DNA of 63,637 bases, filler included, from Babesia bigemina (lineage: Eukaryota): assembly GCF_000981445.1 (NCBI RefSeq). It is 6 parts of 6 records of this genome, joined end to end, with 100 filler letters (N's around TTAATTAATTAA, not from the genome) between each part and the next. Parts side by side here need not be neighbours in the genome. Positions count along the whole stretch, not along the records: positions 45,109 to 56,637 come from NW_012237137.1; 5 more parts are not named here. One strand, 5' to 3'. A program made the position numbers and the translations under genes. Positions 45,483-55,764 of this stretch are shown piece by piece. Positions within the stretch are counted from its first letter, which is position 1. Each line of letters begins with the position of its first letter. The notes under the pieces were generated by a model. The model was given only the letters and a program-made list of their open reading frames with translations. It was not told the DNA's origin and did not search any database.

Positions 45483-48400
45483 TTTTCAGATACTGACCAT
45501 TTTCTCACTGATGATGCTACTAGAAGAGCCTTGCAGGACATTGAGTCCAAGCTCATTAGCCTTGGCCAGCTTGCTGGTCAACTTGGCGGATTTGTTGGTC
45601 AAAGTGACAGTGTTAAGAAAGCCGTTGTGAATGCTATTATCGCCCAAATTAACAGTAATGAAGAGCTTAAAAATCTTTACTCTTCTCATGTTACTACCCT
45701 TTCTGAGTCTGTCAACTCTGTTGGCAAGGCTGATGACACCGGTGAAATTGTGAAGCTTAAGCAGCGAGTTACTCAGCAAATTAAGCTTCTTGAACAACAA
45801 CTTAAAAAGCCTAATAATCTTAATAATAATCCTCCTCCTTCCCCCTCTCCCTCTGCTGACCCAGCCAAATTGCAGTCCAAGTTGGAGGCTTTGAAGAAAG
45901 TGGAGAAGCTTTGTGGATTTTATGAGAATTCTAATAATCAACAAAATGAGCCTAAAAATCTCTTAGATAATTTATGTGACGGCCTCGAGACTTTCCTCGG
46001 CTTCAACTCTGAGTCCAAAGGCTACACTGGCCAGGGGATTGTGTACTCTGACTTGGATAGGCTGTGTGATGCGGTGATGGGATTTTTGAGTGGTGTGCTT
46101 GGTGCGGTGAAAGATGATGAAGCAGTTAAAACGTACGATAAATACATGGATAGAAAGCTTAGTGAAGTACTAAAAGAGGTAAATAAAAATATTGGCTCCG
46201 GGCGTGAAGGGCTTGTGGCGTCTGTCGACGCGGTGAAGGGGTGGTTGGAGAAATATAATGAGAATGTTAATGAAAAAACAAAAAAAGTAACTGATGAATT
46301 GAACAAATTAAACAGAACAACTATCAATAAAAATATCAGTGAAATAAAAGATAATCTCCCCCTTCAAAATCAGCTGTCCACTTGGAAGGAGACCGTGGCC
46401 GACGTCTTTAGTGAGATTGTTACTATTAAAACAAAACACATTAGTCAGCTGGATAAGGCGTTAAAAACGAAGATAAGCAGCGAAATAAAGGTTATTAATA
46501 AGTCAGTAGAGATGCTAGTGCAGTCGGCGAATAATGGTACGCTGGCTGAGCAGGTGAGGAAAGTGGATGAGGAGTTGCAGATGCAGTTGTGGAAAATATT
46601 AGAGGCAATTGGTAAATTGGAACATGAGAAAAATCAGCGATTCAATTCTATTAGAGAGTCTTTTAAGCATTGTCAGAAATTTTTGGACGAGATGTTCGAC
46701 TTTGCATACAAACGCGAGGTTCTTGGGAAATTTGAAGATATAAAAAATAAACTCACGCAACTGGATTCAAGCAATACAGACGTTGGTGGTAACGGAAAAA
46801 ATTCTAGACTATACAATGATGTTGAAGAACTGAGGTTAAACGTTGAGAAAATTGGTGAGCAGCTGAAAATAGGATCGCAAAATGTGAGCACTTGGAAGTC
46901 AGCGGCCGACAGTGCTGTAAGGGAAGCAAAAGCAAAGTGTGAAGCTATCTTGGCGAAAGTCCACGAAAAGCCCACTAAAGGAGAAGTTGACATTAAAGAG
47001 CATGCTACGAAATTGCAACAAAAGGCAACAAACCTGCTGCAAGGTTATAGAACGGTACATAATACGCTCGATACGTTAGTAAGAGACATACAGACGGAGG
47101 TGAGTAACCTCAAAGCACATATTGCTGAGGACTTGAAGAAGTTGAAAGAAAGTGTGGAAGGTAAAATATCAGGTCATGTCAAAAACGTCATGAACGCAAT
47201 ATTGGGAGCGGCGGGCGTAGCAAGTGCCAGTGTAGCCTATGGAGCTTTCGAAGCATTGCGAAATGGCAAGCTGAATGGCAAGTTAAAGGAATTAGTTCAA
47301 CACATAACTGAAAACGATCTCCTCGCAATGCGAATACAAGGGTTTCTCAGAGAGCTTAAAACAAAACTTACGCTGTCTTCTGATTCTACTGTTGATACCT
47401 TACCTAACAACCATCAAACACTAGCCAACGGTATTATCACCGAGTTCAAGGATATAGCAACTGTGGAGTTCAAAAATCCGGAAAATATGAAAAGTAACGA
47501 ATATAAAGATTTTGCGACCGTTATGAACAATTATCATCACAGCATTACCGGAACGAGTAGCCAGCTGCAGCAGAAGATTAAAACGATTGACAACGCGATG
47601 CAAGATTTCAAGGATATGGCGTCTTTTAAAGACCACGATGCTGACTTACGAAGAGGCGACATACAATCAGCTAAGAAGGCAGTGGATGCGCACGTAACCA
47701 AAATCACCGACGAACTCAAAGCCATCGCCGGGTTAGTTGAGCACGACAAGAAACAAGAGTTGCAAAAAGTTGGTGATCCAGACGGCGTTACGGACTATCT
47801 GAAAGATCTGGAGAATATGTTTACGAAAACTATCAAAGCAACACTTACTACAGCAGAATTGAAATCGCAAACGATCAAGGGCCTTCAACAAATACACGAC
47901 GATCTTGATGAAATCAACACTGAAAGTGTCACAGAGGCCACAGCTCGGCTCCAAGTCTTACTTGCGAAAGTTAAAGAGCTGGAAAATGTTCCAAAATTTG
48001 TAGATGAAGCGAAAAATCAAGTAGTCGAGCTAATGGATAAGTTAAGGAGCGAACTGCATGACAAACTTCACAACATTCGCATCGCCGTTAATTTTGCCAA
48101 CGAGCGATTGACACAGAGAACTGACACGCTCAAACAATCCGTCTCCGCCGCCTTCGCCACCCTCACCTCAGCTGTCCGCTCCCTCTTCGCCGAACAGCAC
48201 AAAGCCGATTTGCTTGCTTTGCAGACGCTGGTTGTCGACCAAACCAGGGTTATAAGAAAAATAATTAATGACGATAAAACGATCGGACTCAAAGGACTAC
48301 TGGCCAAGCTGAGTACCACCTTCACACTTAACAATCTAAAATTACCGACTGATCTTAAGCTTTGTGTATACGCCGATAACGTTAAAAAGTACTGTACTAT

Positions 48401-50789
48401 GTTCTTCGAGATGTTAATTACCCAGCCCGACCTCTCCGACCTCTCCCCTGACCGTCTCACCCCCCTCGCCGGCGCCCTCTCCGCCCTCCTGTCCACAATG
48501 CACCAACAACGCCACTTCTCCGCCACCGTCTCCCGCAACCTCGCCGACCTCCAAGCCGCGCTCAACGCCCTCACCCCCTCCGGTTTCGCCGAGGCCTCCC
48601 CGCTGCTCAACGTCGTCAAGCGCGGCGTCCAGGCGTTCCACGGGGAGCTCGCGAAGCAGTACGTCAGCAGGTACTCGGGGGAGACGTTTGGCGATTTGGT
48701 GGAGATAAAAGAGAATAAAATAGTAAAATTAAGACCGTATGGTAGCAATATGTCTAAAGTATGTTTGACGGTCATATCCATTATTTACAACGCGTTGAAG
48801 ATGTTACTGAAGTACTGTGTTTCAAGATCAAAATCGGAGAGAATCAATAAATCAACCGAGCTCGGGATGTTTTTCACTGAACAAGGCTACGATGTATCTG
48901 AGAAAGGCAACCAAAATGGGGAGTTGCAAGATAAGGAAGGTGTGCTTGGTTTTCATATTTACAAGAAGCTCGTGGGTGATGATAAACGTGTCTACAAGAA
49001 ACATGATCCTAGACAAGATGACGGTCCCATTGCAATTTTACATGAACTTCTACAGGAGTATTATAAAATTGGTCACGTCGCCACCTTCTCTGCGAAGAAA
49101 CGTCCATGTAACATATTCGAGATGCTTTGCTGGATTACAGCTTTACCATGCAATTCGGTTTACGAAGAGCTTTTAGTAGACGCTGTCAGCGAGTTGTTTG
49201 TCGATCCAAAAGCAAAAGTAAGCGACGGGGAATTATCTGCTACGGTCGTCAGCGACAAATTACCGGCCCATCCCCAACACATAGCATATGATGATACAGT
49301 AAGAGCGTTGAAACGCCTGTGTTCGAGATCGTACGACGTGCTTACTTGTATTTCGGGTTACGGCGACGAATACACGACATACGCCGTTGACTTCTGCGAC
49401 AACTCTCTCCAACTGTCATACCCATCCAATTCGACAGAATGTCTCGAACTATTGCTGGATATCCTACGCAGATTGTTACCGGTGTTCAGATTCTTGCATA
49501 GCCAGTGCAAGCTGGAAACTCAGCATCTTGGTTGGTCGAATTGCCTCTATGGCAAAGATATCTCGACCGGCAAATCGCATTGTGATAAGCATCCAGATGA
49601 CAAGCAAACCGACTGCCTGCCTAGATCACCGCTTCAATCGTACCTATCTGATACGCTCCCCGGCCACCTTCCTCACAACCTGACTGCCATGGGATGCAAA
49701 TCCGTATGCAGCAACTGCCCCAAGAGCTTGCCTGGACAGCCATGCTTGACACCCCTTGGCTTCAGAGGTTTCTCTGGAAGCACGAAGCCAGGCAAAGAGC
49801 TATGCAAAGTGCTGACCAAATTCTTAGATAACTCCAATATCAACTCGCTTATCTGTTTGATGACTAAACCACCGTCGACGTTGCCTGAACACTTCCAGTT
49901 TGCGTTGACATTAGGTAATATGTTGCATAAAGGTAAAAGCTCCGGCGGTAATGGCGTCAGTGCAGCATTTAGAACATCGATCGAAAATGCATCCATTCGC
50001 CTCTACGAGAATCCTTTGGAGCTGACCGATGCGCTTAGCGATGCCTATGGTAATACGCAGGCTGATCACAGACATACCAGTCGGGAACCTAAACATGCCC
50101 CGTTATCCAGTCTCTCAATGAATCAGTCATGTATGCTTCCTAAGACCGACAATATTTTCTGTGGTCCCTACCTTCAATCACTGTGCCACGATTCCTATTA
50201 TTCACTTGCGGAGAAGCATTGTAACCTGTACTTGTCCTGGGCGATATACTTGCCGTGGCAATTTTGGAATTATCTGAAAACCCTGTACGATTCCTTTTGC
50301 GGCATATCCTGCCAGGACTGGGGCTGCAGTGGTTGCTTAAGAGGCGACAAATGCAAGACGGGCAAACACGGAACGGACTACAACTGCAGATGCTGGAGTG
50401 TCGTCAAATGCCGCGGGGTGCAAAGCACTTTCTACAGTTACGGATTCACATTCGGCGACGCTAAGACATTGTTGGACGAAAATGAACTGAGGTATTGCCA
50501 CGATTTCTGCAAACAACTTGAGAATATTCTCAATTCACAATTTTTCAAGGACCTCCTCCAAAAGTGCGACGAATTCATTTTCACCATCCGCGCACCGTTC
50601 CTGTGGATGACCGTAGCACTTTGGTCACTATCCCTCTTCTACCTCATCTGCGTAATGGTTGGCAGACTGGATGTGCTCCACATACGCTCACACCTGAGGA
50701 TACCGTCGTCGCACAGGATAACGGCGCAATCACTGTTGGCGGCAGCGCAAGTCGGAAGGCTTGCCAAGATATCGTACCTACAACCATAA
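45483..50789 (+). CDS. ves1: Large ves1-like protein, tail type A; no in-frame ATG before the CDAVM motif
   Basis: 1752-aa ORF from TTG 45531; frame opens after TAA 45480-45482. Confidence 0.82.
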   Translation, partial: FSDTDHFLTDDATRRALQDIESKLISLGQLAGQLGGFVGQSDSVKKAVVNAIIAQINSNEELKNLYSSHVTTLSESVNSVGKADDTGEIVKLKQRVTQQIKLLEQQLKKPNNLNNNPPPSPSPSADPAKLQSKLEALKKVEKLCGFYENSNNQQNEPKNLLDNLCDGLETFLGFNSESKGYTGQGIVYSDLDRLCDAVMGFLSGVLGAVKDDEAVKTYDKYMDRKLSEVLKEVNKNIGSGREGLVASVDAVKGWLEKYNENVNEKTKKVTDELNKLNRTTINKNISEIKDNLPLQNQLSTWKETVADVFSEIVTIKTKHISQLDKALKTKISSEIKVINKSVEMLVQSANNGTLAEQVRKVDEELQMQLWKILEAIGKLEHEKNQRFNSIRESFKHCQKFLDEMFDFAYKREVLGKFEDIKNKLTQLDSSNTDVGGNGKNSRLYNDVEELRLNVEKIGEQLKIGSQNVSTWKSAADSAVREAKAKCEAILAKVHEKPTKGEVDIKEHATKLQQKATNLLQGYRTVHNTLDTLVRDIQTEVSNLKAHIAEDLKKLKESVEGKISGHVKNVMNAILGAAGVASASVAYGAFEALRNGKLNGKLKELVQHITENDLLAMRIQGFLRELKTKLTLSSDSTVDTLPNNHQTLANGIITEFKDIATVEFKNPENMKSNEYKDFATVMNNYHHSITGTSSQLQQKIKTIDNAMQDFKDMASFKDHDADLRRGDIQSAKKAVDAHVTKITDELKAIAGLVEHDKKQELQKVGDPDGVTDYLKDLENMFTKTIKATLTTAELKSQTIKGLQQIHDDLDEINTESVTEATARLQVLLAKVKELENVPKFVDEAKNQVVELMDKLRSELHDKLHNIRIAVNFANERLTQRTDTLKQSVSAAFATLTSAVRSLFAEQHKADLLALQTLVVDQTRVIRKIINDDKTIGLKGLLAKLSTTFTLNNLKLPTDLKLCVYADNVKKYCTMFFEMLITQPDLSDLSPDRLTPLAGALSALLSTMHQQRHFSATVSRNLADLQAALNALTPSGFAEASPLLNVVKRGVQAFHGELAKQYVSRYSGETFGDLVEIKENKIVKLRPYGSNMSKVCLTVISIIYNALKMLLKYCVSRSKSERINKSTELGMFFTEQGYDVSEKGNQNGELQDKEGVLGFHIYKKLVGDDKRVYKKHDPRQDDGPIAILHELLQEYYKIGHVATFSAKKRPCNIFEMLCWITALPCNSVYEELLVDAVSELFVDPKAKVSDGELSATVVSDKLPAHPQHIAYDDTVRALKRLCSRSYDVLTCISGYGDEYTTYAVDFCDNSLQLSYPSNSTECLELLLDILRRLLPVFRFLHSQCKLETQHLGWSNCLYGKDISTGKSHCDKHPDDKQTDCLPRSPLQSYLSDTLPGHLPHNLTAMGCKSVCSNCPKSLPGQPCLTPLGFRGFSGSTKPGKELCKVLTKFLDNSNINSLICLMTKPPSTLPEHFQFALTLGNMLHKGKSSGGNGVSAAFRTSIENASIRLYENPLELTDALSDAYGNTQADHRHTSREPKHAPLSSLSMNQSCMLPKTDNIFCGPYLQSLCHDSYYSLAEKHCNLYLSWAIYLPWQFWNYLKTLYDSFCGISCQDWGCSGCLRGDKCKTGKHGTDYNCRCWSVVKCRGVQSTFYSYGFTFGDAKTLLDENELRYCHDFCKQLENILNSQFFKDLLQKCDEFIFTIRAPFLWMTVALWSLSLFYLICVMVGRLDVLHIRSHLRIPSSHRITAQSLLAAAQVGRLAKISYLQP

Positions 50790-50949
50790 TCGTAGTCACG
50801 TTGTTACTATCTACACTCACCTAGCATATCACCTACTCACCTAACTGACAAACGTGGTCTAATGTCTCGAATTACTCTAGCGGCAACCTGTGAAGTAAAT
50901 AGCACCTAGATTAGGTTATGACTGATAGACAAGGTAACGTGTTAAGCTA

Positions 50950-52198
50950 CCACCCAGGCAAAGTGCTGAGCTAGCACCCAGGCAAAGTGGTAACCTAGCA
51001 ACCAGGCAAAGTGCTGAGCTGGCAACCAGGCAAAGTGCTGAGCAAGCAACCAGGCAAAGTGCTGACCTAGCGAGCAAGCTAAGTGCTAACCTAGCACCCA
51101 GGCAAAGTGCTAAGCTAGCAACCAGGCAAAGTGCTAAGCAAGCACACAGGCAAAGTGCTAAGCAAGCAACCAGGGAAAGTGCTAAGCTGGCAACCAGGGA
51201 AAGTGCTAAGCAAGCACTCAGGCAAAGTGCTAAAGTAGCAGCCAGGCAAAGTGCTAAGCTAGCGACCAGGCAAAGTGTTGAGCTAGCACCCAGGCAAAGT
51301 GGTAAACTAGCACCCAGGCAAAGTGCTGAGCTAGCGACCAGGCAACGTGTTGACCTAGCACGCAAGAGCAGTGCTAAGCTGGCACCCAGGCTAAGTGCTA
51401 AGCTAGGACACAGGCAAACTGGTAAGCGAGCAACCAGGCGAAGTGCAAAGCAAGCACCCAGGCAACGTGTTGACCTAGCATCCACGCTAAGTGCTAAGCT
51501 AGCAGCCAGGCAAAGTGGTAAGCTAGCACCCAGGCCAAGTGGTAAGCTAGCACACAGGCAAAGTGCTAAGCTAGCACCCAGTTTAAGTGGTAAACTGGCA
51601 ACCAGGCAAAGTGTTGACCTAGCAACCAGGCAAGGTGCTAAGCTAGCAACCAGGCAAAGTGGTAAGCTAGCAACCAGGCAAAGTGGTAAGCTAGCAACCA
51701 GGCAAAGTGCTAAGCTAGCAACCAGGCAAAGTGCTAAGCTAGCACCCAGGCAACGTGCTAAGCTAGCAGCCAGGCTAAGTGCTAACCTAGCACACAGGCA
51801 AAGTGCTAACCTAGCACCCAGGCTAAGTGCTAAGCTAGCACCCAGGCAACGTGTTGACCTAGCAACCAGGCAAAGTGCTAAGCTAGCAACCAGGCAAAGT
51901 GCTAAGCTAGCACCCAGGCAAAGTGCTAAGCTGGCATCCAGGCAAAGTGGTAAGCTGGCAACCCGGCTAAGTGTTGACCTAGCACCCAGGCAAAGTGCTA
52001 AGCTAGCACCCAGGCAAAGTGCTAAGCTGGCACGCAAGCTAAGTGCTAACCTAGCACACAAGCTAAGTGCTAAGCTAGCAACCAGGCAACGTGCTAAGCT
52101 AGCAACCAGGCAAAGTGCTAGGCAAGCACTCAGGCAAAGTGGTAAGCTGGCAATCAGGCTAAGTGTTGACCTAGCACCCAGGCAAAGTGCTAAGCTGA
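50950..52198 (+). repeat. 24-bp satellite (long array)
   Basis: 24-nt period AGGCAAAGTGCTAAGCTAGCA[A/C]CC. Confidence 0.95.
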
Positions 52199-52199
52199 C

Positions 52200-52685
52200 G
52201 GATGAACCGTTATTTGCCTGGTGCGTTGAGTTACGCGTTGACTGTGAGAGGTGTCCGCGTTGCCCATTGAGTCAGTCTCACGTGAGGCTGGGTGATTGGT
52301 TGCTACGTAGGCGGCCGTGAAGGCCGCGGCGGGTGACGTAAGTCATGTGTTGCGAGTCACTGGCAGGGTGGCGTAATCCGCGTTGGCCTGGTTAAGTAGC
52401 ATTTATAGGCAGCAATGTAGCGATCGTTAATATCACATTTAGGCACGTAGCCGACACGCTCCGCAAGCATGGCGCCGATACCGCGGCTCGTAGCACGGTG
52501 CTGCTGCACTGTGGGAGTTGAGCGCACGGGGTTCGCTGCAATTCTTATGGCGTTGCGAATAGTACATAATTTAGAGTGGCTGTTGGTGCTTATCACATGC
52601 GTCGCGGCAGGCATAGCCGTGGTATCCTGGGCAGCGTGGGTGTCGGTGGCCTGGGCTGGGGGGATACAGGGGTGAGGGTACGTGT
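52200..52685 (+). promoter_or_regulatory. Conserved GC-rich spacer (copy of 8621-9105)
   Basis: Collinear similarity with 8621-9105 and same context. Confidence 0.5.
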
Positions 52686-52686
52686 T

Positions 52687-53150
52687 GATGAGGGGACTGG
52701 GACGGCAGTGGTACGTGTTGCAGTTGGTGAGTGCTTGCATAGGTGATTGATATGTTCGCAGTGTGAGGGGACTGGGAGCGGCAGTGGTACGTGTTGCAGT
52801 TGGTGAGTGCTTGCTAGGTGATTGATATGTTCGCAGGTTGAGAACTGGGAGCGGCAGTGGTACGTGTTGCAGTTGGTGGGTGCGTTGCTAGGTGATTGAT
52901 ATGTTTGCAGGTTGAGGGGACTGGGAGCGGCAGTGATACGTGTTGCAGTTGGTGAGTGCTGCTTGAGTGACTGATATGCTTGCAGGTTGAGGGGACTGGT
53001 AGCGGCAGTGGTAGTGTTGCAGTTGGTGAGTGCGTTGCTTGAGTGACTGATATGTTCGCAGGTTGAGGGGACTGGGAGCGGCAGTGTACGTGTTGCAGTT
53101 GGTAAGTGCTGCTTGACTGATTGATGTTTGCAGGCTGAGGGGACTGGGAG
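52687..53150 (+). repeat. ~75-bp tandem repeat (6 intron-like units)
   Basis: GT..CAG segments at 52727-52761, 52803-52836, 52876-52910, 52952-52985, 53026-53061, 53102-53133. Confidence 0.9.
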
Positions 53151-53162
53151 GGAAGCGGGAAG

Positions 53163-53699
53163 ATGAGTTGGTTGAAGCAGTGTACGTGTGGTACGAATTG
53201 TAGTTATCCTAATTGTTATTGTTGTCCCTGGTGCTGTGAACAATGTAACGCTAGCTGGAATTGCAGTGGATGTTACTATCATCATCTTAAGCGCACTACA
53301 GGCTCGATGCCTTACGATTGCGAAAAAGCAAAATGTGCAACACAATGTAAAAACAAAGAGTATAAATGTCCATGCACATGTTGTCAAGAGAAAAAGCGAC
53401 TTGGACAAGTTACCGATCCCCGTACCCTTCTTCTCCCTGCTCTACCCGTCGTTCAGCATCAGTCCGACAGTCAAGTGCAGTCGTCCCCTCTCTCCGGTCA
53501 CGAAAGTGAAACCGACGACAGTAATGAAGGAGCTTCCACAGGTCTTTCCATTTCCCCCCAAGCCATCGCCGCCGTCATCGTTGCCATCATCGTCGCCATC
53601 ATCCTGCTCGACCTGTGCATCTTCCGCTTTCCGGTGGGCCGCAACATCCGCGATTTCCTCGTCCGCAAGATACCCTTCTGCATCGCGTTTTACAGCTGA
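53163..53699 (+). CDS. Small Cys-rich single-pass membrane protein (178 aa), alternative TM/tail
   Basis: CTCGTNCSYPNCYCCPWCCEQC has the same spacing as its paralogues; TM IAAVIVAIIVAIILLDLCIF; tail RFPVGRNIRDFLVRKIPFCIAFYS. Confidence 0.85.
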   Translation: MSWLKQCTCGTNCSYPNCYCCPWCCEQCNASWNCSGCYYHHLKRTTGSMPYDCEKAKCATQCKNKEYKCPCTCCQEKKRLGQVTDPRTLLLPALPVVQHQSDSQVQSSPLSGHESETDDSNEGASTGLSISPQAIAAVIVAIIVAIILLDLCIFRFPVGRNIRDFLVRKIPFCIAFYS

Positions 53700-53825
53700 T
53701 CTCAGCAATTCGTTAGCGCAAACATCGTAATCCAAATCCCACTGATCACCTAACTGGCAACTGACATCTAATGTTGTGGACAGCAGTGATTGCGTTGATG
53801 AGCAATGACATGAGCAGTGAGGTGA

Positions 53826-53945
53826 CTTTCCCCTCCTCCCTACTCCGCCATCGCCCCCGTCGCCCTCATCATCATCGTCGTCTGCGTCATGATATACTTC
53901 CGCATCAGGCCGTTCCACAGGGTGCGGTATCTACTGCGCAGCTGA
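53826..53945 (+). pseudogene. Start-less TM+tail fragment of small-gene family
   Basis: LSPPPYSAIAPVALIIIVVCVMIYFRIRPFHRVRYLLRS* preceded by in-frame TGA 53823-53825. Confidence 0.8.
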
Positions 53946-54047
53946 TCACAATAACTCAACTGCCAACTGACATCTAATGTGGTAGACAGTAATGAGCGCG
54001 TTGATGACCTAGCACCTGACCAAGTTAATGGTTACAGCAGCGATTAT

Positions 54048-54227
54048 AACTTAGCCCTCTGGCTCCTCTCCCTCTTCTACCTCCTCCACATCATGGTCAT
54101 CCGCCTCGACCTGGTCCACATCAAATCGCATTTGCATAGTCCCTCATCACATCGCATCGCCGCGCAATCACTACTTGCTGCTGCACGTGTTAACAAGCTT
54201 AACAGGGTGTTTTATCTGCAACCTTAA
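54048..54227 (+). pseudogene. Orphan TM+tail fragment of ves1-like type B
   Basis: LALWLLSLFYLLHIMVIRLDLVHIKSHLHSPSSHRIAAQSLLAAARVNKLNRVFYLQP* with normal type-B 3' flank but no gene body. Confidence 0.85.
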
Positions 54228-54349
54228 TCGTACTCACGTGTTTACTATCTACACTCACATAGCATCACCTACTCACCTAACTTATGAATTGCGCGTTAAT
54301 CTGTTGTATCACTCATTCATCGTTGTATGTGATTGTGTAATAGTTAACT

Positions 54350-55578
54350 GAGGTGGTGACCTAGTAGCTGACCAATGCTGTGACCAAAATGCTGACCAAA
54401 GTGTTGACCAATGTGCTGACCAAGGTGTTGACCAGAGTGCTGACCAATGCCATGACCAAGGTGGTGACCAAGGTGGTGACCAAGGTGCTGACCAATGCCA
54501 TGACCAAGGTGGTGACCAAGGTGGTGACCAAGGTGCTGACCAACGTGCTGACCAAGGTGCTGACCAATGTGCTGACCAATGTGCTGACCTACCACCTGAC
54601 CAAGTTAGTAGTTACGGCAGCGATGACATGGTTACGGCAGCGATGACATGGTCACGGCAGCGATGACTGGTTACGGCAGCGATGACAGGGGACTCAGCAG
54701 CGATGACATGGTCACGGCAGCGATGACATGGTCACGGCAGCGATGACTGGTTACGGCAGCGATGACAGGGGACTCAGCAGCGATGATATGGTCACGGCAG
54801 CGATGACATGGACACGGCAGCGATGACATGGTCACGGCAGCGATGACATGGTCACGGCAGCGAGGACATGGTTAAGGCAGCGATGACATCAACACGGCAG
54901 CGGTGACATCAACACGGCAGCGATGACATGGTCACGGCAGCGATGACAGTGACACAAGTGGTGATTATTACCCACTCCACATCGCTCCTTAACCCACTCT
55001 ACATCGCTCCCTAACCCACTCTACATCGCCCCTTTATCCACTCTGCATCGCCCCTTTATCCACTCTGCATCGCCTTTTTATCCACTCTGCATCGCTCCCT
55101 TATCCACTCTACATCGCTCCCTAACCCACTCTACATCGCTCCCTAACCCACTCCACATCGCCCCTTAATCCACTCTACATCGCCCCTTTATCCACTCTAC
55201 ATCGCTCCTTTATCCACTCTACATCGCCCCTTTATCCACTCTACATCGCCCCTTTACCCACTCTACACCGCTCCTTATCCACTCTACATCGCCCCTTTAT
55301 CCACTCTACATCGCCCCTTAACACACTCCACATCGCCCCTTCACCCACTCCACATCGCTCCTTTATCCACTCCACATCGCCCCTTACTCCACTCTACATC
55401 GCTCCTTTATCCACTCTACATCGCTCCTTATCCACTCTACATCGCTCCCTAACCCACTCTACATCGCTCCCTAATCCACTCTACATCGCCCCTTATCCAC
55501 TCCACATCGCTCCTCTATCCACTCTACATCGCCCCTTAACCCACTCTACATCGCTCCTTTATCCACTCTACATCGCTC
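54350..55578 (+). repeat. 12-bp / 20-bp / 22-bp satellite triplet
   Basis: 12-bp ~54350-54605, 20-bp ~54610-54950, 22-bp ~54970-55578. Confidence 0.93.
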
Positions 55579-55764
55579 GAATTACCTCGCCATACTACCG
55601 CTATGACCTCTATAAACCATCCTAATAACTTGTGCCTTGTCACCCTTCACTTCCCTCCATCCACCTCTTGCCACTGCCATGTCCCATCATGTTGACCCTA
55701 TCTTCTAATCTCTCGAATTACTTCTTCTGATTAACCCTATGACCTCTATAGACATCATAACAAC

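Noticed and set aside
48068..48781. 237-aa antisense ORF and similar ORFs nested in large genes
   Set aside because: Shadow ORFs over GC-rich coding patches; no independent evidence
50916..52061. 381-aa minus-strand ORF (LALCLVAS repeats); also 62330-63286 and 8107-8460
   Set aside because: Translation of the 24-bp satellite, which lacks stops in that frame; no ATG start and no unique domain. Expression not formally excluded.
52469..52675. 68-aa hydrophobic ORF (MAPIPRLVARCCC..) in the GC-rich spacer
   Set aside because: Homologous copies are frameshifted (~8950) or stopped (~71), so coding is not conserved
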